Assembly: GCF_964194155.1 (NCBI RefSeq)
Contig: NC_135890.1
Coordinates: 39,370,001 to 39,434,000 of the forward strand
Length of the DNA stretch: 64,000 nucleotides
Direction: 5' to 3'
Source: Cetorhinus maximus
Taxonomy: Eukaryota
Part shown: piece after piece, positions 12,941 to 25,868 of the stretch
How positions within the stretch are numbered: the stretch's first letter is position 1
How the letters are laid out: every line of letters begins with the position of its first letter
The notes under the pieces: generated by a model
Database searches by the model: none
What the model saw: only the letters and a program-made list of their open reading frames with translations
Told to the model about the DNA's origin: nothing
Program-made: the position numbers and the translations under genes

Positions 12941-13068
12941 TCAGTCATTGTCAGTACTGCGGTGCAAAGGTTTCACTCTGGCTAATCGAGACAGGCCTAA
13001 TCGAAGGCCTTGGCATGGACTTCTTACAGAAGTTCGTTCCTGAGAGTTATTGCTGCTTTCTTTAGGGG
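12941..13068 (-). CDS. RAD51AP1: RAD51AP1 last coding exon (...SPCQGLRLGLSRLARVKPLHRSTDND*)
   Basis: ttttacag acceptor; diagnostic RAD51-interacting C-terminal motif LRLGLSRLARVKPLH; TGA at 12941-12943. Confidence 0.96.
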
Positions 13069-13944
13069 CTGTAAAAGATCAAAAGTTCCTGAATTTTAAA
13101 ATGTAAAAATATAAATGGTTGAAAGCATATAATTTTAATTAGTGATAAAAGTAAGTTATTCAATTCTTAGGCTTTCCAATTTCAAAACAGGGGTGTAACA
13201 AAATACTACTTGATATAATTTTTTACCTAGGTTCCACAATCTCCACATTTGCTTGGTCTAGTAAATTTTTACAGTGTGACAAAATTAAAGTATTCTTGTG
13301 AAGTCTTATTATGGTAGCAGTTCCTTTCACTTAGTAACAAATCCTAGGGAATTTAAAACAAACTGCTGCAGAAAGAATCATGACCCCAGCCTAATTTGAT
13401 ACAAATTTGTTGCTTCTAAGATTTATTCAGTTATCAACAAGACCACAGAATCACAGAATCACATAGGCAAAAACAAAATGCGACTGTTCTCTTGTATGTA
13501 TGACTGATAGCTCCATTTAAAGTCTGTTGACAGGCACTTAAACTAACCCAACAGTAACTATTCAAGGGACACTTAAGCAAGTTTGAACTGTTCAAATCAG
13601 TTGGTTAGAACCTTCAGAGAGATAGGTAAATTATAGTTAGCTCCTGCAGTTAGCAAGATTACAGAAAAGGATTACTGCGTATACTCAGATTAACTCTCTA
13701 AAATAATATAACACAGAGAATGCATTTCTTCCAAAGAGATGCTTAGTATATCTCTCGTAATTACACAAGCTTTGTATTTGTTATTTATTTTCTTACCCAT
13801 CCATCGATATAAAAATATACCTGGACCCACATCTACCTTTCCCATTATAAATTCCTAGGCCCACAGTTATAAAGGAAACTGAATATATAACACTCCCAAT
13901 GATGATGGTATTGTAGCATTTCAGTTTATATTTCCTAGCTCCTT

Positions 13945-14190
13945 AGAGTGTGCTACACTCACAGCATGTAGTTCGGATTTGGAATGTACTGCTTGAAAGT
14001 GTGGTGGAGGCAGATTGCATTGTGAATTTCAAAAGGGAATTAGACTAGCACCTGAAGAGAAAAAATGTGCAGGGCTACAGGAAAAGGATGGAGGAGTGGG
14101 GCTAGCTGAGTTGCCCTTGCAGATAGTCAGCACAGACATGTCGAATCAAATGCCCTCTTTCTATCCTGTAAACATTCTATGATTCTTATA
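13945..14190 (+). mobile_element. CR1 3' fragment
   Basis: WNVLLESVVEA...FKRELD-like remnant ending TTCTATGATTCT. Confidence 0.6.
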
Positions 14191-14437
14191 GAAATGAAGT
14201 TACTCTCATTATTTTATCTCCAAACTAGAGGTCAATTGTATGCAATTATTTGAATTTCATCTATTCAGAATTTTTGCCCAATTGGGAGTCCATTCTCTCA
14301 CCTTGAAATTCTTCACTTTACTTGTTTCCCTCTTAAGGCAATTAAATTTGTTAAATGTTTTTGATCTCTCACTTTACATGTGTTTCTAGATGTAATTTAG
14401 AAATTAAAATTGCATTTATTGGATAACACATTTATAC

Positions 14438-14563
14438 CTGGTGGAGTCCACTTTGGTTTTCTCATTCCTGTAGAAGGACTCGATACTTGTAATGATTTAG
14501 AAGGTGGTGGAGAAGCTGGCATTATCTCCAATAACAATGGCTTGCTTTTTACAGGAACTACAA
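14438..14563 (-). CDS. RAD51AP1: RAD51AP1 coding exon 7 (...SLQVSSPSTGMRKPKWTPP)
   Basis: cctgcag acceptor, gtataa donor, 126 nt, phase 1-1; KPKWxPP motif. Confidence 0.92.
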
Positions 14564-15499
14564 CTGCAGGGGACAATAAAATATTAAAATATTATATAAA
14601 TTATGTTTGCATAATTTCACTTGTTGTTCTCTGTTGTTTTCCTCTGTAACTTCATAATGAGTTCATGGGAAGTGCACAAAGACAACACTGAATAGCTGTC
14701 GCTTCCTTGCACTGGATAGCAGTGCCTGGTCCATTCACACGATGCCCACAATGACATGACTAAAGTTGGCAATTCTATGTAAAAGAATAGCAAAATTGAA
14801 ATTCAATCAAACCACTCTCCAATGAGGGAGACAGAGATATGGAATTAGGAACACGGTTATTAAAAATCCCAGCTAAGGGATTCTTTACAGCTACACCATT
14901 TCCAAGACATCACACAAGGAATTTACTTCTAAGTCTTTTCTCATACTCCTCTTAAATAAGCCACCCCAGAAACAACAAAGATTGACTTGCCTTTTAATGG
15001 TGCTTCCCTTTTACTTGTAAAACATTTTGCATTTAGTTGAGGCTTCCAACTTAAGTTGGATATTATCTATTTTTAGGGATGCTTGGGAAGAAGTCCAATC
15101 CAACAAATGTTCGAACAAGTTTACTTTTATTCAAATTTGTTCCTGCTTAATTAAAATGCTCAAATATTTAAATACAACAAATAACATACTTAAAGGATGT
15201 TTGAAGCAAACAGCCAAATTTTCCCTTACAATATTCTGATTATAGTTATATCATAGTGAGGCAAATTTCTGAATGTCCCCTTTTAAGTATACTTTTTGCC
15301 ATTTCTTATCTCAATAAAGTATATCTCAATATAAATACAGTGCAGATGCAATGCACTAATCGAATATTGGCTCTTCTGCCTATATATAGTACTTGTTCAT
15401 TGTAACTGGCATGCTCTGGGATGAAGGTAAATTTGGGGTTGACCAGCTGTACTTCTACAGTTCCAATTGGAAGTTTGCAGTTTTTAAGGATTTATTATT

Positions 15500-17561
15500 T
15501 TTAAAAATTCATTCATGGTATGTGGGCTTTGCTGGCTGGGCCAGCATTTATTGCCCATCACTAGTTGCCCTTGAGAAGGTGGTGGTGAGCTGCCTTCTTG
15601 AACCGCTGCAGTCCATATGGTGTAGGTAAACCCACAGTGCTGTTAGGAAGCGAGTTCCAGGATTTTCACCCAGCGACAGTGAAGGAACGGCGATATATTT
15701 CCAAGTAAGCATGGTGAGTGACTTGGAGGGGAACTCCCAGGTGGTGGTGTTCCCATCTATCTGCTGCCCTTGTCCTCCTAGATGGTAGTGGTCATGGGTT
15801 TGGAAGGTGCTGTCGAAGGAGCCTTGGTGAATTCCTGCAGTGCATCTTGTAGATGGTACACACTGCTGCTACTGTGTGTTGGCGGTGGAGGGAGTGAATG
15901 TTTGTGGATGTGATGCCAATCAAGCGGGCTGCTTTGTCCTGGATGGTGTCAAACTTCTTGAGTGTTGTGGGAGCTGCACTCATCCAGGCAAGTGGGAAGT
16001 ATTCCATCACACTCCTGACTTGTGCCTTGTAGATGGTGAACAGGCTTTGGGCAGACAGGAGGTGAGTTATTCGTCACAGGATTCCTAGCCTCTGACCTGC
16101 TCTTGTAGCCACAGTATTTATATGGCTAGTCCAGTTCAGTTTCTGGTCAATGGTAATCCCCAGGATGTTGATAGTGGAGGATTCAGTGATGGTAATGCTA
16201 TTGAACATCAAGGAGCGATGGTTGGATTCTCTCTTGTTGGAAATGGCATTGCCTGAGACTTGTGTGGCGCAAATGTTACTTGTCACTTGTTAGTCCAAGC
16301 CTGGATTTTGACCCTGTCTTGCTGCATTTGGACATGGACTGCTTCAGTATCTGAGAAGTCGTGAATGGTGCTGAACATTGTGCAATCAGCGGCGAACATC
16401 CCCACTTCTGACCTTATGATGGAAGCAAGGTCATTGATGAAGCAGCTGAAGATAGTTAGGCTGTGGACACTACCCTGAGGCACCACCACTCCTGCAGTGG
16501 TGTCCTGGAGCTGAGATGACTGCTCCAACAACCACAACCATCTTCCTTTGTTCTAGGTATGGCTCCAACCAGCAGAGAGTTTTCCCCCTGATTCCCATTG
16601 ACTCCAGTTTTGCTAGGGTTCCTTGATGCCACACTCGGTCAAATGCAGCCTTGATGTCAAGGGCAGTCACTCTCACCTCACCTTGGGAATTCAGCTCCTT
16701 TGTCCATGTTTGAACCAAGGCTGTAATGAGGTCAGGAGCTGAGTGGCCCAGGCAGAACCCAAACTGGGCGTCAGTAAGCAGGTTATTGCTGAGCAAGTGC
16801 TGCTTGATAGCACTGTTGATGATCCTTTCCATTACTTTACTGGTGATTGAGAGTAGATTGATGGGGCGTAATTGGCCTGGTTGGATTTGTCCTGCTTTTT
16901 GTGTACAGGACACAGTTGGGCAATTTTCCACATAGCCAGGTAGATGCCAGTGTTGTAGCTGTACTGGAACAGCTTGGCTAGGCAGGGGCTGGCAAGTTCT
17001 GGAGCACAAGTCTTCAGTACTATTGCCGGAATATTATCAGGGCCCATAGCCTTTGCACTATCCAGTGCCTTCAGCTGTTTCTTGATATCACGTGGAGTGA
17101 ATCGAATTGGCTGAACATTGGCATCTTTGATGCTGGGGACCTCTGGAAGAGGCCAAGATGGATCATCCACTTGGCACTTCTGGCTGAAGATTGTAGCAAA
17201 TGCTTCAGCCTTATCTTTTGCACTGATGTGCTGGGCTCCTCCATCATTGAGGATGGGGATATTTGTGGAGCCGCCTCCTCCAGTGAGTTGCTTAATTGTC
17301 CACTACCATTCACGACTGGATGTGGCAGGACTGCAGAGCTTAGATCTGATCCGTTGGGATCGCTTAGCCCTGCCTGTCACTTGCTGCTTACGCTGTTTGG
17401 CATCTGTGTTATAGTTTCACCAGTTGACACCTCATATTTAGGCATGCCTGGTGCTGCTCCTGGCATGTCCTCCTGCACTCTCCATTGAACTAGGGTTGAT
17501 CCCCTGGCTTAATGGTAATGGTAGAGTGGGTGATATGCCAGGCCATGAGGTTACAGATTGC
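15500..17561 (-). mobile_element. CR1-clade LINE (HER1-like), 5'-truncated, frameshifted RT
   Basis: RPINLLS, DIKAAFDRVWHQG, VPQGS, FINDL, FAADC, LGITIDQKLNW motifs; 3' tail GGGCAA..GATGGGCAATAAATGCTGGCC. Confidence 0.92.
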
Positions 17562-17604
17562 GTATTAACTTCTAAACAACTGGTTTTGCAATAAGGTATT
17601 TAAT

Positions 17605-17692
17605 TTATTCTTTCATGGGATGTGGGTGTCACTGGCTAGGCTAGCATTTATTTCCCATCCCTAAATGCCCTTGAGAAGGTGGTGGTGAGCCA
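17605..17692 (-). mobile_element. HER1-like LINE 3' tail fragment
   Basis: Matches 15507-15592. Confidence 0.7.
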
Positions 17693-18072
17693 GTACTTGG
17701 TGATTTAAAAAACGATCTGTATTTTACTTAATGCTGAAATGTAGTTAAGTCGTTTCAGTTAGAAGTAAACAATTCTTAACTGTTTAGACGGGAAAAAGTA
17801 ATAAATGACACATTCCATTAATTCTTGTAAACGGCTTTCGAAAATAAGACTACACTTTTGCTAAATGCAACAAAGTGCTACAGATAAATAGGACATCTCC
17901 AGATATCCTCAAAAGGAATGTTGCACTTCATTATGGAAGTCTGTTAATTATTGATGTACAAATATTCCATAAGCATTCCACAGTTAACTGCATTACGGCA
18001 TCCACAATGACCTTGCTCTATAATTTGAGTTTTGTTAAACATTATTTATTTGCAACCATCAATGGAACCTAC

Positions 18073-18222
18073 CTCTGGCACTGTTGTTGGGTTTGGGAGA
18101 TTTTTTCTCCTTCTTCGTTTGTATTTTGGATTTATCCCTTTTTTTGTTTTTATTTGACAGATTTTTAAAAGTAAATTCCTCATCTTCATCTGTATTACTT
18201 TCACTGCTTTCTGATTCTTCAG
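18073..18222 (-). CDS. RAD51AP1: RAD51AP1 coding exon 6 (EESESSESNTDEDEEFTFKNLSNKNKKRDKSKIQTKKEKKSPKPNNSAR)
   Basis: ttgttgcag acceptor, gtaggt donor, 150 nt, phase 1-1; acidic then basic (KKEKKS) segment. Confidence 0.9.
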
Positions 18223-19515
18223 CTGCAACAAGAACAATGCAATATAAAGCCCAGATTTAAACAAAACACTCAACTCAATATCAGAGCAAACTGCCAAAAT
18301 AAAACATAATTTTTTCAAGTTTTATTCTCAACCTTTCTGCAGACTATAAAAATAGAAAAGATCAGCACAAAAAGGGGTCATTTGGTATATTCTGCCTATA
18401 CCAGTTCTTCATCCGAAATATCTGTTCTAACCCCAGTTCCCTGATCTTTCACTATGTGCTTTACAACTTCTTCAATTGTTTACCTGATTCCCTCTTTTGA
18501 TTGACTCAGCTTCAATAGTCACGTGACAATGTATTTCATCATCTAATACCCCATTGTGCAAAAAAACTTCTTCCTCCATTTGCCTTGCTCAAGGCTTTTT
18601 GCATTCATCTTGCACTTAAAGGTCTGTGCGACTCCACCTTCAGACCTCTTTCTGTTCCACTCCACTGAATATATATTTCGAATGGGAAAACTCTCATTCT
18701 CTTTTTACCAAAACTTCGACCTACCATAGTTGAAATGCATTTAACACATATCTGTTCACGCCCTATTCACTCTATGTCTTCCCATATTCTTCCTTGGCTG
18801 TCATGGCCTCAAATTGGTATTTTCAAAAAATGTTATTCTCCTCCGAAACGCATGTCCAAACCATTTATGTACATCGGGAGCAGATGTCCCAACAATAATC
18901 TCTTCAGAACAAGAAAATTGAAAGTGAGGTTTTGAATGCATTTTGCATTTGCCAAATGCCATGATTTGAGAATTTTCTCAGAATGCCCTGATGCAGCAAG
19001 AGTGTTAAGGGTACAACAGTCTAAGCAAAACATAGCAATAAAAATAAGCCATGCCAAACTGGCTTGGAGTGTGCTCTAAAACTCAATTTATTCTTGTGTG
19101 CCTATTTCCTGTTTGAGTATTTTCAGACCACAAACCCTATGCTATAAAAACTTCAGCTGTTATGCTACCCACAAATCTTTTTGAAGTAGACTATTAGTTT
19201 TTAAAAAAAGATTAAACTGGGATCTAATAGACTTTTTCAAAATCATGTAAGTCTTTGAGAGGGAAAAGAGTGAACTAATTAACAAGGAATTAGAGGTGGC
19301 ACCATCATCAAAACAGAAAAATAGATTAAAAGAATTACTTTCAATTATTAGTAAAAACTTGAATGCCTTACCACAAATGTCTATTGAATTGGAGTCTGTA
19401 ACAATTTGAGAGAGAAAATGGGTATTGTTATGGAACAGCAGATGGTAAATGCTGAACTGCTCAAATCCCAGAGGGAAACTTGAAACAGCTGCCACAACTG
19501 TTTTGCAATTTGTAT

Positions 19516-20317
19516 TTTTATTTCGAGATGCGTGCCTTGAATTCAGTAGTAACAAGTCCACCAAGTCTTAGAGATTTTTTTACAAAACTAAATTAAACAT
19601 TTATTAATAAAAGAAATGATTTTAAGCACATATATAGGTCTACAAATTACTATTATGATAACTCCTAGCTCCCCTGATCAATCTGACTCCCAGTTAAGGC
19701 AACAGTAAAACAACATAGATTTCAACAGACTCAGGCAAAGCACACAATAGCCTGGACAGTGATATTTAAAATTAATTCTCTTAGCTTTGGTTCCTGGAGA
19801 CAATAGCTTGGTACACAGAGGCTGGAGGTTTTTCACACTTGTTAGATCTTAGAATGCTTTCTTCTACACATAATCTCATCTCCTTTATACAGGTTTCTCC
19901 CTTTTTAATGGGAATCCCATTGTCCCAATATGTCTTTGCAACTTTACTTTTTCCATAATATAAACTTTCATAGCACTCATATTATCAGTAATCTTTGGGA
20001 AAAATAAACACACTGTTTGGCTTAGCCTCTGTTGGCTAGGTGTAACACCTTACCATCTCTTTGAAATTCACTACTCTGGTTTACCAAAAAATGCAAATAT
20101 TCTTCACACCTCACATTCTAAAACTTCAGCTATGTTTACGTATTTAGCATTTCAAACCTAGCTTCTCTTCTGATACATCAAAGCGCCCAGACCCACTGTC
20201 TGTAACTCAATTAAAACCTACACACACACACACACACACAGAAACTAATCCAAACCCCACTATTAACCTACCTTTACAATAAATTACAATATTATGAAAA
20301 ATTATATTTTCATGACA
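19516..20317 (-). mobile_element. Probable solo LTR (about 800 bp) containing a (CA)n tract
   Basis: Minus strand starts TGTCATG; 4-bp TSD GTAT (19512-19515, 20318-20321); minus-strand AATAAA near 19600; far terminus degenerate. Confidence 0.5.
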
Positions 20318-23101
20318 GTATGTACATGAAAAAATATAAAAGGATAAAGAGAAAAGGCAGGGGAATAGGATTAGGGTAGGTAACACCAGTTGAAGTGCTA
20401 GCACTGACACAGGTACAGGCTTCTAAGATTCTCCTGAATTCAAACAACCATTTTGGAGGTGCTCGGAACCTAAAAATGAATGTTTTTCAGTGGTTGAAAA
20501 CCTGTTCATAAAATGATGCAACACAGAACGAGGAATTTGTCTCACTCAGCCTGTGCCCTCTCTTTGAAAGAACTATCCTATTTGTTCAACTCCCCTGCTC
20601 TTTCTCCATAGCACTGAAAATTTTTCCACTTCCAAGTATTTATCTAATTTTCTTTTCAGAGTTATTATTGAATTCACTTTTACCATCCTTTCAAGGAGTG
20701 CAAGAGCATTTCAGCCACCCACCGCCAAAAATCCTGTTTGCCTTTGGCCCTCTTTGTTTTTATGTCAGCATCTGAGGTGTCACTCAAAACCATCTGTTTG
20801 GGTGGTCCTCTACCAGGCATAGTGAGGAGGCAATCCAACAAAATAAGTGTAGTATAAAGTATTGAAACATTTAAAAAAAATACCTAAAATATATTTTTAA
20901 AGCCAATATATCCATAACTGAATTTCACACATTTGATCCTATGGATGACAAATATATAAATTCATACATATGAATTGTTCCAGTACAGTAGATATACAAA
21001 GGAGGTTATACTTCAAAATTTATGCTATCGTAAATATGAAATAAAATGCCATTTTAACTAATTTTATATGTTCACCAGGGAAAACAAATTGTAAAACAAA
21101 AATAAATAAATATCTCAGTAGATATTAACTAACGTTATGCTGGGAAAAAAACTAACATTGGTCTTCAGCTATTTTTATTCCATACTGCAACTTAATACAC
21201 TGCTTACATCACGAATAAAATTCAACTTCAGCCAGAGCACAAAAATGTTTGTAGCGGTTCAGGTACCTGCTATTCATACTGTCTGACATTAAATTTAATG
21301 GAAAGGAGAATTGGGTATATATTTTACCCCCATTGTTCCTTAATCAACCAGCAATCCAGCTATTTGATATTTCCAAACTTCCAATGTGCTTCTGTTAATC
21401 CTAAAAATCTCTATAGTGGTAATTGCTTTTAGGCCAAGCAACATGCTGCTTAAACACTGATGAGCCCATTTGCTCATTTTGGTTCACAAAGCTGGTGACA
21501 GGGAATTTCTTTGGTCAAAGATATTCCCTCCTGTTTATACTGCCGCTGGTAGGGGAACCATGACTATACGTTAAAGAGATCTACATGCTTTACATTTCTT
21601 AATACCAGATATGAATACACACTTTTTGTAAAAAAAATGCTACTATATGGCATTATTACTCTTGTTTTTCCAAGCACCTTTGCAAGAAATGGAATTTCTC
21701 CATCGGAAGACTTGCTCATCTGCACATTTGATCTGGTTGTAAGCCAACTTGTATTTTTTTACATTTGTTCCTTAAAACGTTACTCCATCCAGCTTCTGGC
21801 AAACTCTACTACCACCATCTTTACATGGCAAGTTAGACTGTCCAATGGCTTTCACATTTAGTCAACTTTTCTATTTTGGGGATTATGGCATGATGTATGT
21901 TTTTGAGCCCAAAAGTGGAAGATTGATTTTCTCCAAGGTAGGTTCTGCAAAGCTTTCCGGCAATTCCTCCTCCATATTTTGTGAGGAATAATAAATATAC
22001 TGCACTCAAACTTAAGTAATGCAGATGAGAACAAAGGGAGGCGACGGCACATACAATGCCAATCCACTCTCTTTGGGCGGAATTTTCTGTGCCCGCTGGC
22101 GGCAGGCGTGATAGGTGGCGTGAGCGGACAACATGGTGCGATCGGTTTCACAACGGCGGGAAGGCAGGTCGCGATTGTCCACTCAGCCCGCAGATGGTGG
22201 GCCGCATTTCCCGCCATCAGTCGTCGGGAACCTCATTGTAATACATCAGCATATCACTATCAGGCCATCCCACCAGGCTCTTGCACCCCCACTGGATCAT
22301 CTGTCCACATTGGCAGGAAAGCACGCTGACATGTTGCACAACAGCACAGAGGCGACGTGCCTTCACTTTGGGTGAACTGGAGGTGGGTGCACAGCAACGT
22401 TCTGCAGAGCTTGCCAGTGTCGCCTGTTGCTTTGCAGGTTTCAGAGGCGCTGGCAAGGGTGGGGGGAGTGGGTGGAGGGTCGTGGTTAAGTGCCACCCTG
22501 CTTCAGAGGCAACTTTTGAGGGTGAGGGGCAGCGGGGGGCAAGTGCAGCCTTGCCATTGAGGGAGCTTTTGAGGGGGGGTGGGGGCAAGTGCAGCCTTGC
22601 CGTTGAGGTGACTTTTGGGGAGGGGGGGGGGGGGGGTGGAGGGGGCAAGTGCAGCTTTGCTGTTGAGGCGACTTGTGAGGGAGGGCAAGGCCTTGCCGTT
22701 GAGTAGTTGAATATAGCGCACAAGCATTTGGGGTAGGGTGGGCAAGGTAAGTGGCCACGCATTCGGGAAACCCGCAGAAAGTGACCATTCCTCTGCAGCT
22801 GAGACAGCCACATTGATATGATTGGGGTAGGGCTCCTAGCTTATCTGCCCAAGTAGCAGTCACTGCTGGAGGTGCTCACAGCCCCTTGCAATGTCAGCAT
22901 CCCGGTTTGGACCAGTCTCTCCCATGGTGCAAGCTAACAGGGCAGCCATGCAGTGCACTAATTTCTGGCCATCCAAGCGGTGGCCAGCACTCTCTGGGAA
23001 GCATTAAGGGGCCGTCACATTTAAGCAGAACAGGTTCTTAGTAGACCCATGCTAACCACATGTGTCTCTCTTCCATCCTGCAGGAGGAGTACATCAGGAT
23101 C

Positions 23102-24311
23102 ATGGAGCCTGGTGAACTAGCTGTATGCCTGATGGCCTACAGAGCTCAAAGACGATGGAGGAGAGAGCGACTGAGGCTCCTCGCTGCACAGCGGCAGGAG
23201 CAGTAACACACGCCGCCCAAGAGCCACAGCGAGCCATCGTTAGTCGGTGCCTAGCAGCATCCAGGGTCTATAGACGCTGCCTTTCTTTCCCACAGATGAC
23301 CAAGAACCAGTGTCGCTGAAGACTGTGAATGTCTAGGGAACTGGTTGCTTACATCTGCCAGTTACTGCAGGATTTGGCACCACGGGGACATGGAGGGCAT
23401 CCACTGCCAGTGGCTGTGAAAGTGACTGTGGCACTCAATTTCTATGCCAGTGGCTCCTTTCAGGGCTCCACAGGTGACCTCTGGGGGATTTCTCAAGCCT
23501 CCACCCACAAATGCATCCATGAGGTCACGGATGCCATCTTTGCGAGGGCACACAATTTTGTGCATTTTGCCCGGGACCAAGACAGCCAGGATGCAAGAGC
23601 GATTAGATTCGCCCAGATCTCAGGTTTCCCACAGGTGCAGGGTGCGATTGACTGCATTCATGTGGCATTCAGATCTCCGTCGCAACACATGGTGGTCTAC
23701 ATCAATGCAAGGGCTTCCATTTGCTGCATGTATAGCTGGTGTGCGACCACCAGAAACCCATCATGCAGGTGTGTGCACGGATTCCAGGGAGTGTGAACGA
23801 CACCTGCATCCTCAGTCAATCACAGATCCCTGGTGTCTTCCAGGGTCCACAGAAGCTGCAGGGACGGCTCCACGGGGACAAAGGCTACTCGCAGAGGCCG
23901 TGGCTAATGACGCCCTTGCAGCAGCCTCAGACTGCAGCAGAATGATGGTATAATGAGTGTCATGCTGCAGCTCTAACCTTGGTGCAGCAGACCATCTAGA
24001 TGCTGAAGATGTGGTTCCGGTGCCCGGACAGGTCTGGTGGAGCCCTGAAATACAGTCCACAGAGGGTGTCATATATCGTTGTCATCTTCTGCACTCTTTA
24101 CAACCTGGCACTCCAATGGAGAGACGAGCTGGAGGAGGAGGAGATGGAGGAGCTGCACTTCTCCTCTGATGGGGAGGTCGCAGATGGTGGAGGAGGTCCT
24201 CGGAGGTGACGATGACAAGGATGAGGCCTTTACCACTGGCTAGACGAGGCAGGCACGGTGGGAGACCCTCATAGCTGCTAGATTTGTGGAGAATGATGAC
24301 GACATACAGTG
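23102..24311 (+). pseudogene. Harbinger (HARBI1-like, DDE_Tnp_4) transposase with stops and frameshifts
   Basis: ALNFYASGSFQ, GISQAS, GFPQVQGAIDCIHV, PGSVND, LHGDKGY, LKMWFRC, CTLYNLA across frames. Confidence 0.9.
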
Positions 24312-24953
24312 AGGTGACCCCACAGTTCCTCACATCGCATTTTGAACGTTTGACTCCAGTCTGGCTTGTGGTAGTGCGAATACCCTCTGTGAGAATGCTC
24401 CTGTCATGGAGAGGTGGCGGAGGCCCTAATAGTCACTTAATTGCAAAGGACGATGATGACATACATTGAGTAAACTCCATAAATCTTTACACAGCCTCTG
24501 AGAACATCTGACTCCTGTCTGGCCAAGGGCAGCTTGCTTGCGCTCTGTGATCAGGGCCATATCACAGAGAAGCAGCCATGAGTCTTTAGAAGCATCTGAC
24601 GTTTTGTCCGCCTTCAGCACCTGAGCCCATCAATGGTCACAGATGCTGAAGAGATGGGGGCCAGCCCCTTCTTAAAGGTGCTGAGAGCATAGAGAGAATG
24701 AAAGAACTCTGTGGCGCCTGCCCACGACATCCTGGCAGCAATGACAAGCACCGTCGAGGAGCAAGCATCAGTAATGCTCCAGGGAGTGAGGCCTTTGGTT
24801 TGAAGGCTGCGCAGAGCACAGGGAAGAGGCCCTGGACTGAGACACCTGCCTTTATTTTGTGCAGAAAGGTTTCACATCTCTGAGTGACAAGAACAGTTTG
24901 ACACTAGTGAACAATATGTACATGTAATTAACGCCCATGTCCAGGCTGTGCAA

Positions 24954-25868
24954 CTAATTCTCCTTAACTGTCCTAACCCTGCTGCTACATCTTGGTGCTC
25001 CCCAGACATCCAAGCGGAGGTGGTGTGATGACTTTGGCAGGCATCCTTTGGAGGGCCCCGGCCTGCTTTCAGGGTCCTGCTGTATGGCAGTGGCACCCTC
25101 CTTGGCCTGTGGAGCGAGCGCTGCTGAGGTAACAGGGAGAGGGGAGTCGGATGGGCTGGACACTTTTGGAGTCACCTGGATGGATGGGCCAGAAGTGTGC
25201 ACCTGTGGATCCTCCTCTCCATGGGTGTCCGGGGGCCCCAGGCTAACTCCTTGAGGAGCAGGGGTAGCTAGAGTGAGATTGAGCTGCCCAGCACCACTTT
25301 CGCACACACAATGTTTGGAGGCCAACTATGGCATCAGTGATGGAGTTGAGCCCACTTTGCAGCACAGGAGCAAAGTCCTGGACCAAGATTTCCACGACGG
25401 CCGCCATTCTACCAGTGTTGATCTTGGTGCATTGACATGCCGGCGCTATCACCTCAGACTGAAGGCGGACAGACTCCTCCATCATGCCTTACAATCTGAG
25501 GAGTGCAGCGGACATCCCTTCTAGCTTGCCTTTGCAGCTGCAGCAACTGAGTCCAGAAGCTCATCATCTGACTTGGACTCAGCAAATTTCTGGCCTCCGG
25601 CAGTCCTTCGAATGCTTGAAACCTGGGAAGTCCTTGCCGCCGCTTGCTGTGGATCAGACTGTGCTTTGTGCTCAGCAGATTGTGATCCCGGGGCTACTGT
25701 AAAGCTTGGTCCCACCGAGATGTCTCTCTCTGTGCTAGTGGAGGGTGTGAGTGAGCGCTGTGACGGGGCTTCAGAATCTGGGTGCCTCCAGACTCCTCTT
25801 TAGAGGTTTCTTCAGGGCTTGATTGGAGGCCCTGGGTCATGGACTCTGTTGGCTGTTTGGCAGACATG
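24954..25868 (-). pseudogene. Remnant 3' exon of Harbinger second (Myb/SANT partner) ORF
   Basis: tttcgcag acceptor near 25870; broken S/P/Q-rich and helical frames convergent with the transposase; Myb domain not seen. Confidence 0.5.

Noticed and set aside
21640-21980. Nested gene or HTH-like ORF in the large intron
   Set aside because: All frames interrupted and no convincing splice sites; at most an old transposase scrap.
22480-22700. CRISPR-like repeat-spacer pattern
   Set aside because: Degenerate G-rich minisatellite inside a eukaryotic transposon; no unique spacers or cas genes.
23329-23796. Domesticated HARBI1 gene
   Set aside because: Stops, frameshifts and flanking TIRs mark it as a transposon copy.
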